Of a DNA stretch of 64,000 nt, positions 61,230 to 64,000 are shown in pieces (position 1 is the stretch's first letter; the number at the start of each line of letters is the position of its first letter). The stretch spans positions 24,244,001 through 24,308,000 of the forward strand of contig CM059432.1 in NCBI GenBank assembly GCA_030390025.1, written 5' to 3'. A program made the position numbers and the translations under genes. The stretch comes from Squalus acanthias (Eukaryota). The notes under the pieces were generated by a model that worked only from the letters and a program-made list of their open reading frames with translations, ran no database searches and was not told the DNA's origin.

Positions 61230-63552
61230 ATCATAGAATCATAGAATGGTTACAGCATGGAAGAAGGCCATTCATCACGTCGAGCCCGAGTCGGTTCTCT
61301 GCAAGAGCACTTCAGCTAGTCCCACTCCCCACCCTTTCCCCGTACTCCTGCAATTTTTTTTCCTTCAGGTACTTATCCAACTCCCTTTTTAAAGCCGTGA
61401 TTGAGTCTGCCTCCACCACCCTTTCAGGCATTGTATTCCAAATCCTAACCACTTGTTGAGTAATTTTTTTTTCCTCATGTCGCCTTTGCTTCTTCTGCCA
61501 ATCACCTTAAATCTGTGTCCTCTGGACCTCGACCCTTCCGCCAATGGAAACAGTTTCTCTCTATCTACTCTGTCCAGACCCCTCATGATTTTGAACACCT
61601 CTATCAAATCTCCTCTCAACCTTCTCCGCTCTAAGGAGAACAACCCCAGCTTCTACAGTCTACCCACGTAACTGAAGTCCCTTATCCCTGGAATCATTCT
61701 TGTAAATCTTTTCTGCACCCTCTCGAAGGCCTTCACATCCTTCCTAAAGTGTGCGGCCCAGAATTGGACACAATACTCCAGTTGAGGCCGAACCAGTATT
61801 TTATACAAGTTCATCATAATTTCCATGCTTTTGTACTCTATACCTCTATTCATGAAGCCCAGGATCCCGTAAGCTTTTTTAACCGCTTTCTCAACCTGCC
61901 CTGCCACCTTCAACGATTTGTGCACATATACCCATAGGTCTCTCTGTTCATGCACCCCTTCAGGATTGTACCCCTTAGTTTATATTTCCTCTCTTCATTC
62001 TTTCGACCAAAATGTATCACTTCGTACTTTTCTGCGTTAAATTTCATCTGCCACGTGTCTGCCCATTCCACCAGCCTGTCTATGTCCTCTTGAAGTCTAT
62101 CACTCTCCTCCTCACTGTTTACTATACTTCCAAGTTTTGTGTCATCTGCAAATTTTGAAACTGTGCCCTGTACACCTACATCCAAGTCATTAATATATAC
62201 TAAGAAAAGCAGTGGTCCTAGTAACGACCCCTGGGAAACATCATTGTATCCCTTCCTCCAGTCCAAAAAACAAACGTTCACCATTACACCCTGTTTGCTG
62301 TCACTTAGCCAATTTCGTATCCATACTGCCACTGTCCCTTTTATTCCATGGGCTTCAACTTTGCTGGCGAGCCTATTATGTGGTAATTTGTCGAGCGCCT
62401 TTTGTAAATCCATGAACACCACGTCAACCGCATTGCCCTCATCAATCCTCTCTGTTACCTCATCAAAAAACTCAATGAAGTTGGTTAAACACGATTTGCC
62501 TTTAACAAATCTGTGCTGGCTTTCCTTAATTAATTCACACTTGTCCAAGTGACTGTTAATTTTGTTTCTAAAAGCTTCTCCACTACCGAGGTTAAACTGA
62601 CTGGCCTGTAGTTGCTGGTTTTATCTTTACACCCTTTTTTTGAACAAGGGTGTAACATTTGCAATTCTCCAGTCCAATGACACCACCCCCATTTCTAAGG
62701 AGGATTGGAAGATTATGGCCAGTACCTCCGCGATTTCTTCCTTCACTTCCCTCAGCGTCCTAGGATGCATCCCATCTGGTCCTGGTGTTTTATCTACTTT
62801 AAGTACAGCCAGCCTTTCTAGTACCTCCTCTTTATCAATTTTTATCCCATCCAGTATCTCCCCTACCTCCTCCTTTACTATGTCTATGGAGCATCCTCTT
62901 CCTTGGTGAAGACAGATGCAAAGTACTCAGTTAGCACCTCAGCCATACCTTCTGCCTCCATGCGTAGGTCTCCTTTTTGGTCCCTAATGGGCTCCACCCC
63001 TCCTCTTGCCACCCATTTACTATTTATATGCCTATAGAAGACTTTTGAATTACCTTTTATGTTAGCTGCCATTCTATTCTCATACCCTCTCTTTGCCCCT
63101 CTTATTTTATTTTTCACTTCTCCTCTGAACTTTCTATATTTAGCCTGATTATCAGATGTATTCTTGACCTGACATCGGTCATACGCGCTCTTTTTCTGCT
63201 TCATCTTACTCTCTATCTCTTTCGTCATCCAGGAAGCTCTGATTTTAGTTGCCCTACCTTTCCCCCTAGTGGGAATGTACCTCGACTGTACCCAAACTAT
63301 TTTGTCTTTAAAGGCAGCCCATTGTTTCATTACAGATTTGCCTGCCAATCTTTGATTCCAATTTACCTGGGCCAGCTCCATTCTCATCCCATTGAAATTG
63401 GCCTTTGTCCAATTAGGTATTTTTATTCTAGATTGCTCTCTATTCTTTTCCATAGCTAATCTATACCTTATAATACTATGATCACTGTTCCCTAAATGTT
63501 CACCTACTGACACTTGCTCCACTTGACCCACCTCATTCCCCAGAACCAGATC
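61230..63552 (-). mobile_element. CR1 LINE ORF2 from endonuclease end to 3' tail, frameshifted
   Basis: HLGNSDHSII, EYFASVFTKE, KALDKLPH, KFADDTKL and EYCVQFWAAHF motifs, with a (CATAGAAT)n tail at 61230-61248. Confidence 0.95.
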
Positions 63553-64000
63553 TGTTTGTCAGGGATTCCGCAGCTGTTCCGCTGAACTTGCATAAGATTG
63601 TAAATCTACCCCTTTACAATTACATTTAAAATCTGCTTAATTTTATGTAGTACCTATACACACACATCTTTTTTTTGTACTAGTTACTGATACAACAGTC
63701 TATAAATTTGTGACTGAAGTACCAATAACTTCACAATTAATGTACTTTTTTAATTATGTTCTTGATCGTATTTGTAGATGGAGTCATATTATTTAATGAT
63801 CATTTGATTTAAATATTTCTTTGTCACTCATATATAACTTTTATTATATGATTGTACAGTAAAGATTCAGCACCCGCTATGTTAGATTGAACTTAAAATT
63901 TAATGTGGCCAGGGTCCCTTTAAGAATCCCAGTTTAAAACGCATCATGAGTGATGTCACCAGACCTGCTCCTTCTTATTGGGCCGGGTAACGTTCTGGAC

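Overview
Repeat-dense vertebrate nuclear DNA, most likely from a cartilaginous fish (shark-type CR1 LINEs, Deu-domain SINEs and Penelope repeats). It is not prokaryotic: I see no operons, rRNA, tRNA genes or CRISPR. Most ORFs in the track are decayed transposon fragments or their antisense shadows. The main elements are: a near-complete but pseudogenised two-gene PIF/Harbinger transposon (1046-5981) plus many Harbinger-type MITEs; a near-full-length CR1 LINE (about 10711-18822) headed by a 16 x 54-bp tandem array and carrying four nested insertions; a Neptune-type Penelope RT+GIY-YIG fragment; two families of short Penelope terminal repeats with minimal hammerhead-ribozyme cores, one copy forming a perfect 80-bp hairpin with a 15-bp TSD; two RTE/BovB-like LINE copies; Gypsy and L1 remnants; and two solo LTRs, one unusually long (about 1.67 kb) and CpG-rich. 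A few minus-strand segments with good splice signals may belong to a host gene I cannot identify. Boundaries of older repeats are approximate.
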